Below, one piece after another: positions 1 to 14,498 of a stretch of DNA of 64,000 nt (position 1 is its first letter; every line of letters starts with the position of its first letter). The position numbers and the translations under genes were made by a program. The notes below the pieces were generated by a model, which ran no database searches, was not told the DNA's origin, and saw only the letters and a program-made list of their open reading frames with translations. Source of the DNA: Octopus vulgaris (lineage: Eukaryota); contig OX597814.1 in assembly GCA_951406725.2 (NCBI GenBank), positions 165,540,001-165,604,000 on the forward strand, in the 5' to 3' direction.

Positions 1-998
1 TGTATTTTATGTGGCACCAGCACAAGTGTATTTTATGTGGCACCAGCACTTGCAAGACAAAGATGGGTGAGGGAGTGGGGGAATGGCCATAATGGACATA
101 CCTGCTTAGCTTGACATGTCTTCTTAAGTGCAGCAAATCCTCAGAAGTCCTGGTCCCTTGTAATCTCTGTGAAGCCCAGCATCTGAATATCCAGAAAGTA
201 ATTTTTTTTTTATTACAGTTGGTTGTGTGACTTTTTTCTGGATCCAGTATAAAGTAACTGCAACATTGTCTCAGTTGTAGCATTAGTATTCCATTGTGGG
301 TCTTACCTGGGCTTTGTAGAGGATCTATAACTGATGTATTTCTTGGCTCTGATGTGAAGGTCAGTCTTTGGGATGCAGTCCTAAATATGTTAGGGATCTG
401 TACTTGCAACAAGAGATATGCAGTATTACTGTGACCTAGCATTGGGGATGATTGCAAGGTTTCTAGTTGCATGCTGCTTCAATGTTCTTCACTTCTTTCA
501 CTTGTAACAACAAAGCTCTAATCTATGTACATATAAGTGTGAGTTTGAGGAAGAAGATGAAACTCTTTAAACAAAGAGAAGAGTTGGCATCATTTTCCAC
601 TAAGCTGTGTATTCAGCCTGGCTGTGAATTGAAACAAAAAAGCTAAAAGAAAAAAACAAAAAACAAAAAAAAAAAAATGGCAAAGTTAGTGGCAGATGGT
701 GATTAAAGTCATGGTGTTACTGACATGGATGATTATTAATATCAATATTCAAAAGCTTCTAAATGTTCTGGCTGATTTATTAAGTGAAATCAGATTCCAA
801 ATGACTCCACCCGAATAATTAATTTATGATAGTAATTTATCATTATTATTATAATAGTTGTTGTAACATGCATGTTTCAAAGCTGCTGTGGGTTGCAGTT
901 AAGTTAATGTTAGCATTACATATTTATACTCATTAATTAACCAGTTGTTCTCAAATTCATAAATCTTCCTCTATAAATTTGCAACCATTCTACATATA

Positions 999-1553
999 CA
1001 GGGTGGACCAAAATGATCTGACACATTTAGAGGCTTAATAAAAGCACAAAATAAGAAATAGTGAAAAGAAAAATTTTATTTTCTGAATGTACATATAATG
1101 CCATTTTATTTCATTAAGTTTTAAAAATTAAATCAGCTAAATGCTTCCCATCATTGTCAACACACTGTTGGAGACGTTCATGGAAGTTATCGATAACTCT
1201 ATGGATCATTTCTTCTGGAATGGTTGCTATTTCTACACAAATTGCACATTTTAATTCATCAACAGATCGAGGGTGATGACTGAATACTTTTGATTTTAAA
1301 TATCCCCGCAAGAAAAAATCACATTTCACCATTCCAGAAGAAATGATCCATAGAGTTATCGATAACTTTCATGAACGTCTCCAACAGTGTGTTGACAATG
1401 ATGGGAAGCATTTAGCTGATTTAATTTTTAAAACTTAAAGAAATAAACTGGCATTATATGTACATTCAGAAAATAAAATTTTTCTTTTCATTATTTCTTA
1501 TTTTGTGCTTTTATTAAGCCTCCAAATGTGTCAGATCATTTTGGTCCACCCTG
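999..1553. mobile_element. Fold-back non-autonomous Tc1/mariner element (226-bp inverted arms, TA TSD)
   Basis: TA|CAGGGTGGACC...GGTCCACCCTG|TA; arms 999-1224 and 1328-1553; minus ORF 1114-1332 is a mariner-type transposase C-terminus (CDFFLRGYLKSKV..ELK). Confidence 0.88.
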
Positions 1554-2022
1554 TATAACAATACATGGCTGTGTATTTAAAAAGTTCACTTCCCAGCCAC
1601 GTATTTTGAGTTCTGTCCTACTCACTGCACAACTTGAATGTCTTCTATTATAGCCCTGTGATTTATAAACTAACTGAAAAAATGTCATCAACTATATATG
1701 TGTGTGTGTACTTGTTTAAATTTACACATTTTTAATTATTGCTGAGCAGCGACATTGTTGTCATTTCTCCTGTCAACAAGTTGTCCACTGGCTTCATATT
1801 TTTGAAGATGTGGGTTAAAAGATCCTTAAAAACCAGGTAAATGTTTGCAAGAGGAAGAACATTCAGCTGTAAAATAATGCCTCAATAGTACATTTGTCTG
1901 ACCCATATAAAGATGATACAAACATTTCCATGAATTGTGATTTATCTTTGTTTTTTTTTTTAATTTCAGCACAACATCCATTCAACTTTTGAGATTAGAA
2001 ATGAAAATTTTACTATGGGAAA

Positions 2023-2457
2023 ATGTCTTCCAGTCCAGAACATGAAAACAAAGTTCGACGTAGGATAATGGTTCCACGAATCAGCCATGAGAGCTCGAGT
2101 GGCATTGCCAGTGAAAAAGATTCCAAGACAGCCCCGTATGATTTAAAATCCAGTCACTCAACTAATATGCCTGAGGAAATTCCTCTGTCAGACTTTAGGA
2201 ATGGGAATGAAAACCTGCATTTAGAAGGTGCAGCCAATAGTCTTCTGTTGGATGAAGACTTGACTAGTGATATAAAAGCACCATTGTTACCATTGCAGGA
2301 AGATGACCATTCCCGTGAAGATGAAATTGAAATAGATGTAAAAACTATATCAGAGAGTGATGAGAGTGCACTTAGTATTTGTCTGCAAGTCTTCATACCA
2401 TTTATCATTGCAGGGTTTGGCACGGTTGGTGCCGGTATGGTGTTAGATATTGTCCAG
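2023..2457 (+). CDS. SLC41A1: SLC41A-like Mg2+ transporter, coding exon 1 (MSSSPEH...LQVFIPFIIAGFGTVGAGMVLDIVQ)
   Basis: Acceptor ttt...ttcag ends at 1969; in-frame TGA at 1990 upstream of the ATG at 2023; donor CAG|gtgagt at 2457; TM1 resembles SLC41A 'LQV..PF..AG.G...AG..LDIVQ'. Paralogue assignment (A1/A2/A3) is uncertain. Confidence 0.9.
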
Positions 2458-2872
2458 GTGAGTCAAATACTTTATTAACATAGCAGAACTTTTCAAGTGT
2501 TTACTCAGGCAAGACAACAATATATTTTTTCAGACATTTGCTTCTTTCTACAATTGTGTGTTTTAAGATGATAGATTATTAACTAGGGTTATTATTTCAA
2601 ATTTTTGTAGAACTATTTGTTTTGTAAACTTTGCTGTAGTACATTGCAGTAATGGTACTTTACTCTAATGTCCTCAGCATCTACTCTGTACAAGTGTGCT
2701 AATAGTAAGATTAACTAGCCATTCCTTTCAGAATTACCTGAATCCAAAGAACTAAATCTGTTTTGTAATATTTAGTAAATGAGAAACAGCTTTTTTTCTG
2801 TCCCCTTTGAATAAGACATTGATCTACCACAGGTAGCTTTTCACATAAGTCCAAACCATGCTAGCATAAAAA

Positions 2873-3310
2873 TCATCATCATCATCATCATTTAACGTCC
2901 GTTTTCCAAACTAGCATAGGTTGGATGGTTCGACCGGGATCTGGTAAGCCATGGAGGCTGCACCAGGCTCCAGTCTGATTTAGCAGTGTTTCTACAGCTG
3001 GATGCCCTTCCTAATGCCAACCACTCCGTGAGTGTAGTGGGTGTTTTTTATGTGCCACCGGCACAGGAGCCAGCGCAGGCTGGCAAACAGCCACGATCGG
3101 TTGGTGCTTTTACATGTCACCAACACGGACGCCAGTCAGGTGACGCTAGTAACTGCTACGCTCGAACGGTGCTTTTACGTGTCACCAGCACTGGTGTCTT
3201 AACTACAATTACCATTCGAATTTTTGATGTTGACGAACTTGTCTCAACAGGTCTCCTCAAGAACAGCGGGTCACTCTACGATCCAAGGTTATCACAGCAG
3301 GCTATCCTGT
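2873..3310 (-). mobile_element. RTE-like LINE 3' end with (ATG)n tail
   Basis: catcatcat-tttaacgtccgttttcca...tctacagctggatgcccttcctaatgccaacc, homologous to the copy at 8867-9770 that is joined to RT C-terminal coding sequence; similar copies at ~4085-4300 (+), 5627-5810, 48630-49050. Confidence 0.75.
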
Positions 3311-6300
3311 GAGCATGAACTCACTACATAAAAAATGGACATTAAATGACGACGACAACAATGATGACTTTCTTGATGATCTTTCAAACTTTTCACATTG
3401 TGTGACAATGTGACTACTATGGACATAAAGATTCTAGACAAAATAATAAGCAACAACTGACTGGTTGGCATGAAATCACTGGCCAACACACACCATCATC
3501 TGCACACAGACATGCTTCTACTGCTATTACTGTGGCCTCTGCTCCTTGGAAATGGTTGATCCTGAACCACTTTCACTCAGGCCCATCTGATTTAAAGCAT
3601 TAAAAAAAAACACATTTACTAATCCCTGCTTACTCTGTTAACTTATACCATCTGCAGTATCTACTTGTAATTAGGTGAACCAATGAGAGAGCTTCTGTAT
3701 GGTTACTTAGCTGCTAGAAATAGCAATCAAATCTTCAATTTACATTTTACCTTCTTAAAAAAAAGAGAAAAGACTTATCAAATAATGTAATCCAGGCTAC
3801 AATATGCTGCCAGAAAAATAAGACATGGAATAGTCTTCAAGAAGAGAGCAACCAATGTTAAAAATCTTTTCTCCAACAATACATGTAATGTCAAAATTTG
3901 TATTTTCATTCTATCAAAATGATTGTCATCCAAGCTAGCTGAGAAAAATGGATGTGAAACAGTAAAATATAAGTTATTAATATTGTCTTTGGTAACTTCC
4001 CATTTGCTTTGTCTTAATATTTTTCAGTTAAAACATTAAAACATAAGCTTGCTGAAATGTTATGAAACAGGATTTTTCACATAAAAAATACCCATGCCGA
4101 TGCCTTGTAAAATGCACCCATGTTGGTGCCACATAAAATACACCCAGTACACTCTGTTTAGTGGTTGGCATTAGGAAGTGCATCCAGCCATAGAAACCAT
4201 GCTAAATAAGACAATTAGAACCTGGTGCGGGTCTTCAACTGGTCAGCTCCTGTCAAATTGTCCAACCTATGCCGGCATGGAAAATGGATGTTAAATGATG
4301 ATAAGATAACAGGCATTGTTTTGACTATACTGATAAGACCCATTTAAAAGTTAAAATCACTTTGTTTACTTGTCAGACCTATACTTTCTCTCTATGGATT
4401 ATAACTCCAAAATGATTGAGGCTCTATGTGGTTACTTGACTGTTAGAAATATCATCTAATTCTCCCTCAAACCACACTTTGCCATCTTAAAAATGAATAC
4501 ATTTGATTATGAAATAGGTATGGTCATGGTTGAAGCATCCTTTGGTCACAGCTATGTCTTCTTCATTAGATTTCTCTTGTGGAACATTAACAAAAACAAC
4601 TTCAAATTTATGAGATGAACTATTATATAGAACACATATCAATTCATATACTTTAATCATTGTCATCAACATTTCATATCTGCTTTTTTTTTTCAACTTT
4701 TCTTTCCATGCTGGCGTAGATTGGATGGGTTGTAATGATTCAAATCAGTTCTTATTCAGACTTACTACCATCTTAAACATGTTGGAGAACCACACCTCAC
4801 ACATATTTTCCCCCATTTTGGCTTGTATTCTATCATTTCCTATCACCAACCACTTTATTGTGTGCTGGGGGCAGTTTATCTTCGCACCAGCACTAGCAAG
4901 GTTGTTAGTCATATCACATCCTTGACATGATAAATTCTGTAGTGCAGGTGCCATAATGATAAGTTACATAATTTCACCTGCTTTATCTACAACACTGGAT
5001 GATTTAACCTAGATATTAACTAATATATACATATTTTGATTGTACTGAATGAGACCAGACTTGGTTGTTATTATTGATACTTATTGATTGGTGTAACTAC
5101 ATATCCTCTATAGGGAATTACAAGCACTTAATTATTTTAGAGCAGAACTAAGTATATATTAGAATGATATTAGATGTTATAAGACACCAATTTTAGACAA
5201 AAGTGACAGGCCCTGTTTTTCTGTTTCATATCAGAGCTTATAATGTTTAATATCATTTTATATTGAAAAATCGTAGTAGTTAATTTCATAGTATTATTAC
5301 TCATCACAAGCATTGAACTCAGGTGGGTGTCTTATGTTGACTATAAGCTGAAACAATATATAATATTTATATATGTAGTTGTTGTTTAGCCCAGGTTAGC
5401 TCTGATTAAAGATATTCCACTCTTGACCATTCCATACCTGTTTTTATTGTATTTGTGGAACTACATTGTACAATGTCCCCTTTCCTAAGACAGTGGGGTG
5501 TGATTTGGAGAAAGTTTGCTTGTTATTTTTAGGAATTCAAGTGATTGTGAAGTTCTCACATTGGCTCATTATATATGTAATTATAACATATCTTGTTAGG
5601 ATAAGTAACTGACTAATAACCTTTGTCATCATCATCATTTAACATAGCTTTTTCCATGCTGACGTGGTTTGGATATTTCAACAAGAACAGACACACTCGA
5701 GGGTTCTGCTAGGTTCTATGTCTGCTTTGGCATGGTTTCTACAGCTGGATGCCCTTCCTGATGCCAACCACTTTTAGAGTGTACTGGTTGCTTTCTACAT
5801 GGTAGCAGCACTGGTGAGGTCATCTAATACTTGAGTGGAGATCATCTAATACTGAGTGGAGTATAGAATGGAGGGATAAGAATCTAGGATAGAGGGACAG
5901 GAACAGGCTGCTTGCTGAAGAGGTGAAGTCATGGCTTGTCTACCAGGAAAGAGAGAGAAGTGAGGTCAAGGTACAAGGGGAATATGAGAGAGAGAATAGG
6001 AAAGAGGAGCAGAAAAGGTGGATGTGTAAGGAAGTGCACTCAGTGAGAAAAGTGAAACAGATGGTTAAAGATAAGGAATGTGTTGGATGCAGAGAGTATC
6101 AATTCAGCAAGAGGTAGTGAAGGAAAGAAATAGGATGACATAGAGGATTGATAGAGGAAGAGTGGGTGTTAGAAGATAAGTTGTTGAGGAAGGCGTGACA
6201 GAACTTCAGCTTGGCTGAGATGGACAGATCTTGTGAAGATAAAAATAGCAAAGAAATAAAAAAAGGATTGTCTACATTTCTTGTTGATACTTAAAGAGTG

Positions 6301-6763
6301 GGGGTGGCAGGTTTTGTTTCGAAATCGGTCATATGGTCATCTGACAAGCAATATTTACATGGTTAGAGTTTAGTCACTGGTCCCATTGTTTCCTGTCTCA
6401 GATTAATGTGTATAATGCTTAATATAAATGTATAGGAAATTCATGTACTCTTTGCAGTGTGTCGTATAATTTATAAGAAATTGTATTGAATTTGGGGAAG
6501 TTCAATACAATTGTGACGGGGTTGTAAAGTACATGATTAAAATAGTTCTTATATTAAAAATGCTGATACTTAATACCTCTCCGAGAAAGCTACTAGCTTT
6601 CACAGCTTCTAATACAATGTAATCGAGCCGCATAGAGCCTCAGTACAAACACTAACAAAAGCTATTGTCTACTCATATACAAATACATTCAAATAAAATT
6701 CCAGTGACTCATTACGCACAGTCACAGACACACTGTCACATGTATGTATATGTAAATAGTGCT

Positions 6764-8206
<1,443 letters not shown>

Positions 8207-8360
8207 TACAAGATAACTTTGTGTGATTAACCACATTATGCAGATTCCATGTTGTTTACTTTGATACACCGAGAGAGTGTAATTGCATGGCTAATCAATG
8301 GAGAATTATACATAAAGAAATGAGAGAAACATGCTGATTCATGTATTTATATATTTAGAC

Positions 8361-8639
8361 CAGGCCTAGCTACTTTAATCAAAGAAAGTTTTTTGAGGGC
8401 CGCTTGTATACTGACAGGATTGAAAGCATTTTGCTTTCTTATTCTTTTATTACAATAATGAATGAATGATCGTTGATTCAACATGAAATATTACTGTTGC
8501 GAAAACAGTAGTATTTTTTTCTTTTTTACTTTTCATTACAATCTTTAATTTTTGATAAAAATTTTAAAATGTTTGTTTCAAGAAAGTATCAAGGGGGCCA
8601 CAGGATGAAAGTCTGCAGGCTTCATGATGGCCAGCCCAG
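8361..8639. mobile_element. hAT-like MITE
   Basis: Perfect 8-bp TSD ATTTAGAC (8353-8360 and 8640-8647); degenerate TIRs CAGGCCTAGCTA / TGGCCAGCCCAG. Confidence 0.65.
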
Positions 8640-8866
8640 ATTTAGACAATTCTCAACAGTAACGTTCTTTTAACTTGGAGAGAATTTGAAGTAAATGAAT
8701 ATGAAGTTATTTTTCATTGCCCCTATATTACTATATTACAGCTCTACTAAAATCAGCTTTGTCTTTCACTCTTTGCACTGGATAAAATTCTGTTGAGTAA
8801 TTTGTAGCTTGTGTCAGTGTAAAAATATATTATTATTGTCAAAATAATAATGATAATGATAATAAT

Positions 8867-9770
8867 CATCATCATCATCATCGTTTAACGTCCGCTTTCC
8901 ATGCTAACATGGGTTGGACGGTTCAACTGGGGTCTGGCAAGCCCGAAGGCTGCACCAGGCCAGTCAGATCTGGCAGTGTTTCTACAGCTGGATGCCCTTC
9001 CTAACGCCAACCACTCCGAGAGTGTAGTGGGTGATCTTATGTGCCACCGACACAGGTGCCAGACGAGGCTGGCAGACGGCCACGCTCTGATGGTGTTTTT
9101 TATGTGCCACCGACACAGATGCCAGACGAGGCTGGCAGACGGCCACGCTCGGATGGTGTTTTTTATGTGCCACCGACACAGGTGCCAGACGAGGCTGGCA
9201 GACGGCCACGCTCAGATGGTGTTTTCGGTGTTTTCTTATGTACCACCGACACAGGTGCCAGACGAGGCTGGTGAACGGCCACGATCGGATGGTGTTTGTT
9301 ACGTGCCCACAGCACGGAGGCCAGTCGATGCGGTACTGGCTACGGTCCCGTTCGGATGGTTTTCTTATGTGCCACCGGCACATAAGGATACAAATTCCAT
9401 TGATGTTCATCTATTTTGATTTGATTTGATTTGATTTTCACTTGCCTCAACAGGTCTTCACAAGTGTCACAAGCAGGAAGGTATGCACAGGTGGACTGAC
9501 AGGTAGGGGCCACGGGTTATGGCTTCACTAGTCTTGCCGGGTCTTCTCACGTACAGCATACTTCCATAGGTCTCGGTCTCTAGTCATTTCCATGGTGAGA
9601 CCTAACGTTCGAAGGTCGTGCTTCACCACCTCGTCCCAGGTTTTCCTGAGTCTACCTCTTCCATGGGTTCCCTCAACTGCTAGGGATTGGCACTTTCTCA
9701 CACACCTATCTTCATCCATTCTTGCCACATGACCATACCAGCGCAATCGTCTCTCTTGCACACCACAATA
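8867..9770 (-). mobile_element. 5'-truncated RTE-clade LINE (RT C-terminus plus 3' UTR with internal tandem repeats and (ATG)n tail)
   Basis: Minus ORF RRLRWYGHVARM...GRGRLRKTW...DRDLW is the characteristic RTE C-terminus; followed by ~62-bp repeats and a cat-repeat tail. Confidence 0.85.
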
Positions 9771-9771
9771 A

Positions 9772-10005
9772 TGTACCCCTGTAATTATAGGTGCATTAGG
9801 AACTATCCCTAAAGAATTGAACAGATGGATAGAAGAAATAGGCATAAAACCTAGTTTAGTACAACTCCAGAAAAGAGTGTTATTAGTGACAGCTATAATA
9901 CTTAGGAGGGTTCTTAGCATCTAAGGTTATTTGTAGCTTGATGTTAGGAATTTTCCTTTTCCAACAGTCTAATCTGTTGTGCGTATATGCAGTAATAATA
10001 ATAAC
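9772..10005 (+). mobile_element. R4/Dong-like (RLE) LINE 3' fragment
   Basis: Translates as PVIIGALGTIPKELNRWIEEIG...LQKRVLLVTAIILRRVLSI*, then a short UTR and (TAA)n. Confidence 0.7.
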
Positions 10006-10258
10006 AATGATGATGATGATGATAATGATTTCAAATTGTGGTACAAGGCCAGCAACTTCAGAGGAAATAAACTGATTATATCAACCTCAGTATTCAACTG
10101 GTGTTTATTTCATTGACCCTGAAAGGATGAAAGGCAAAGCCAACCCTGGCACAGTTTGAACTTGGAACGTAAGGATGGATGAAATGCCACTAAGCATTTT
10201 GATTGGTGTGCTAATGATTCTGCTACCTCACTGCGCTAATAATAATAATAATAATAAT

Positions 10259-10632
10259 CAATACCAGCAGATGACAACGTGTCTCTAAAAGAAATGGAGA
10301 AACTTTCAAAATACAAAGACCTGGAAATAGAGGTAACCATAATGTGGAATCTAAAAACAGAAACAATTCCTATCATAGTAAGTGCATTAGGCATGATAAA
10401 AAAATATTCAGACAAATACATAACAAAAACACCATGACTTACAAACACATATAACATACAGAAAATTGCACTACTAGGCACTGCATACATCCTACGCAGA
10501 ACACTTTCCATACAATAACCATCAGAGTATCACAACAAATCACAGCACATACCCAAGGCACACAGAGCTGCGCTCGGTAGTGAAGTGAAAGCACGCTATA
10601 AAAATAAAACTACTGAATAATAATAATAATAA
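10259..10632 (+). mobile_element. R4/Dong-like (RLE) LINE 3' fragment embedded in (TAA)n
   Basis: IPADDNVSLKEMEKLSKYKDLEIE...IPIIVSALG...QKIALLGTAYILRRTL; (TAA)n on both sides. Confidence 0.8.
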
Positions 10633-11039
10633 TACAGGTTGCCAAGGCGCACTAGACAGAATGCATTAGAGAATTTTGTGTTTTAAGTTCAGATCATTCT
10701 GGAGTTGACTTCTTTTTATTCATTCCCTTAGTTTAATTTTTTTAGTCAGTAGGAAAGACAATGCCATGAACTTTTTCAGGGCTTCTACAGCTGATGAGAG
10801 AAAGGTAGGAAGGTATTCTCAAACCAGAAACCTTGCATATAATGCTTGCAACAGAGTTGTCTCTGCTAAAGGTACCATGTGTGTATCAATAACAGTCTGT
10901 AACAAGCATCTGCAGAATTCATTTGGTCTGTGTCCACTCCCTTGCAAATGTGTAGCTTTTTTCTGATGTTTAGAACTTGTAAACATTAGAGCTAATAGAT
11001 AAAATCCAAGACTAATAAGCTAAACTGCATGCTTTAGTG

Positions 11040-11281
11040 CAGTGGTTCTCAACTGGGATTTATATGGTTCTTGGGGTTCCATATAAGATTTTGTTGTGAA
11101 AATTTATCTACAATAAACTGGTTTTATTTCAACTATACACAAAATATTTCAACATTCTTTATGCAATTCCTAATAATATAAATAGGGGTGTTTAGAAACT
11201 GGATGGCTATGAGGGTCCCTACCTCTGAGTAAAATAAGAATCAAAGGGGTCCATAGGTAAGAAAATGGTTGAGAACCACTT
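11040..11281. mobile_element. hAT (Charlie-like) MITE
   Basis: TIRs CAGTGGTTCTCAAC / GTTGAGAACCACT; 8-bp TSD CTTTAGTG/CTCTAGTG. Confidence 0.75.
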
Positions 11282-12955
11282 CTCTAGTGTATCACTTAAG
11301 TAAAAACTCTGTCTGGAATCATTCTTGCAATAGACTATAAAATACTTGTTAACTGTTGAAATACATGTTAATTGTTGTTGTTTAGTAGGTAAACTGTCAA
11401 ATTCATTCAATGTTATAACTAAGATTAATATCTTTGAACTTGTCTCCTATTAAATGATGTAAAGGGAAATTCATCTATTAAATTAGATGGACGGATGGTG
11501 CAAATATATAGAGCCATGTTAGCTAGTTTATGATCTTATAAATATACTGTTGAATCCCCAAAACACTAACCCAAAAGAAGTCATTTGAACCTTGGAAGTA
11601 AGAAAAATTTGAATTTTTTTTTCAATATACTGATGTTTTCAGAGAAAGCTTAAAACAATTGGAATGTTCTAAAGTTACCAGTATTCGTTCTGGGCAAAGA
11701 AGTAGGTCAGCTGTAATGAACAAGAAATGAAACCTTATACTAAATATCCATACATGTGTTATAATGTTGACAAAATAATCTAATTAGAGACCATTCACTT
11801 CTATGGATACATTTAAAGTCTTAAATATATATATAAAGGAAGTAAAAAATTATTCATATGCACATCATATTGCGTGATAAAAAATCATTTTCTCTTGAGA
11901 TAAAAGTTAACAACATGGAATAATGAAAGTAAGCTTTTTGAAGTCGAAGTCTACTAGTATTATATCCAAATGGACATTCATGCAAATGGGTATACAGGGA
12001 AAAGTAGCCTCAATTCTAAATAAAATGCAGAACATTCGCAAATGATTGTGAATTTTCTTAGTTCAGACTTAAATATTGTATACAATCTATACAAAAAAAC
12101 AAAAACACACATTTTTCTTTTAAAATAATCTTGCGATTAACTCGAGACAAGATTTAGGTCTCATTTAATTTTTGTGTATTCAGAACAATCAAACACTCTA
12201 CACAGCATTTATATATCAAGAGAAATATTCAGAACTAATTATTCAATGCTGAATAAGTATATGAAAGAAATTATGTAGCATAGAAATTCACATCAAAATT
12301 ATGTTCCACATATTTAGTCTCAAGGTTAAAATCATAAACTATCTAGAATTACCGTATTTATTTATGTATAATAGATACATACTTTCTGTCCAGATTTTTA
12401 GACTTTAAATTTTAGGAGCACATTTTATGTAAGAACAAAATTTTATTAATTTTTTCCCCCAACCAAATGATGCAGACATAGATGTATGGTTGAGAAGTTT
12501 GTTTTGTAACTACATAGGATGAGTTCCCTTGCATGACACTTTGGGTGAGTGTCTTCTGCAATAGCTTCGTGCCAACAAAAGCATTGTGAGTAGATTTGGG
12601 AGGCAGAAACAGGAAAAACTGACATCATGTAAAAGTTGTAAGTAGATGACACTGTCATACAAGCAAGGAAATGATGACGACAATGAAATATGTTATCATA
12701 TTTAAGGTGACACGAAGGAATTAAATGTTATTTATTGCCCAAACTAATAGATGTGAGATTAAGAGTTAAGACTATTATAGTAATTTTTTTCATATATTTT
12801 CATTTTTTCCTTGTATTGGCACAAGGCCTGAAATTTGTGAGATTGGGTAGTCCAAAAAGATGAAAAGCAAATTCAGCTTTGGCAGAATTTGAAGTCAGAA
12901 TGGAAAGCTGGAAGAAATGCCACTAAACATTTTTTCTAGCATATTCAGCACAACC

Positions 12956-13359
12956 TATTTCTTTACTACCCACAGGGGGTTAAACACAGAGGGGATAAAC
13001 ACGGACAGACAAACGGATTAAGTCGATTACATCAACCCCAGTGCGTAACTGGTACTTAATTTATTGACCCTGAAAGGATGAAAGGCAAAGTCGACCTCGG
13101 CAGAATTTGAACTCAGAACGTAGCGGCAGACGAAATACCTATTTCTTTACTACCCACAAGGGGCTAACCACAGAGGGGACAAACGGATTAAGTTGATTAC
13201 ATCAACCCCAGTGCGTAACTGGTACTCAATTTATCGACCCCGAAAGGATGAAAGGCAAAGTCAACCTCGGTGGAATTTAAACTCAGAATGTAACAGCAGA
13301 CGAAATACCGCTAAGCATTTCGCCCAGTGTGCTAACGTTTCTGCCAGCTCACTGCCTTA
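12956..13359 (-). mobile_element. tRNA-derived Deu/Nin-domain SINE, head-to-tail dimer
   Basis: Minus strand GGCAGTGAGCTGGCAGAA...GAGTTTAAATT (A/B boxes) and CCTTTCATCCTTTCGGGGTCGATAAA core; 16-bp TSD CATATTCAGCACAACC (12940-12955 and 13360-13375). Confidence 0.85.
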
Positions 13360-14498
13360 CATATTCAGCACAACCAGCAGTTGTGTATCCTGTGGAATTT
13401 CTGTCAACCATTAGTATGGAAGACAAAAATATAATACCTTCATGATCAAAAATACCATTTAAATTATTTCATGTGAAGATTTAATTAATAAATCATTAAT
13501 AAGGATAATACATGGATAGTATAAGGATAATACAAAATCCAGCTGATGTAAATATAAAACCGGAAACAAAATAAAAGTGTCTGTTCCTGAAATACTTCAG
13601 TTATTATCATGAACTATTACTATATAGGTTTCTACTGAAAGAATAAAAATATTTAAGTGGAAGTATTCACATTTTACATTATGTCTTTTATATCTTTCCA
13701 TACTTATTGGCTTTTCATTGCAGATACACTTTTTAGTGTATACCAGTAAAGTTCAAAGGTTAATTTTGAATTTTCTTATTGTTTAGAGTATATGTGAACT
13801 TTTACAATGTTTTGTAAACAGTAATATTAAATCAGTATATGAATGGCTTTTGTACATTATCTTCACTATCACTTTGATGCCTACTTTTTTCCATGCTTGC
13901 TTGGGTCAGACAAAGCTCACTGAGGCAGATTTTCTAGAGCTCCCAGGTTTCTTGGATGGTTATTCATCGGAGTATTAAATAGGCTTGACCTTACTTAACT
14001 TGTGTGATTGAACAAGAACTGGTGCTTTCAACATGCTGTGGTCATAAGCTATACATGACTAGCTTACAGCCACGTATCAGTCTGTCTGTCTGTCCATCCA
14101 TACATCTATCCATCTATCTATCTGTGAGCATATATATTATCTGAAATGTACAGTATTATATATTCATCACGGCTGATGTTACGAATTGGTTTTGTGTAAG
14201 GAATATAATGGAGCATTAGGTAACAATACGATTATATAACCTTACGCTCATCAGAGTTAGTTGATGTGGAAGGAAATATGGCAACTGCTCTCTATTCCTT
14301 GCGCGAATATGACTGGTAAGATCAGCTATGATGGTTATATAATACTGTTCATTTTGGATAATATACTCTATTGACTCTATGAGTGCATCTTTTCCCGGTC
14401 TTATTGTCTCTTAGACAGCTCATGTATGTGTGTGTGTGCATGTATATATATATATATATATATATGCATGCATATATATATATATATATGCATATATA

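Noticed and set aside
9039-9385. CRISPR-like regularly spaced repeats
   Set aside because: Whole units repeat with no unique spacers, there are no cas genes, and the repeats sit in a eukaryotic LINE 3' UTR
9528-9920. 130-aa ORF as a single gene
   Set aside because: Chance fusion of an RTE C-terminus (minus) with the antisense of an R4-like fragment
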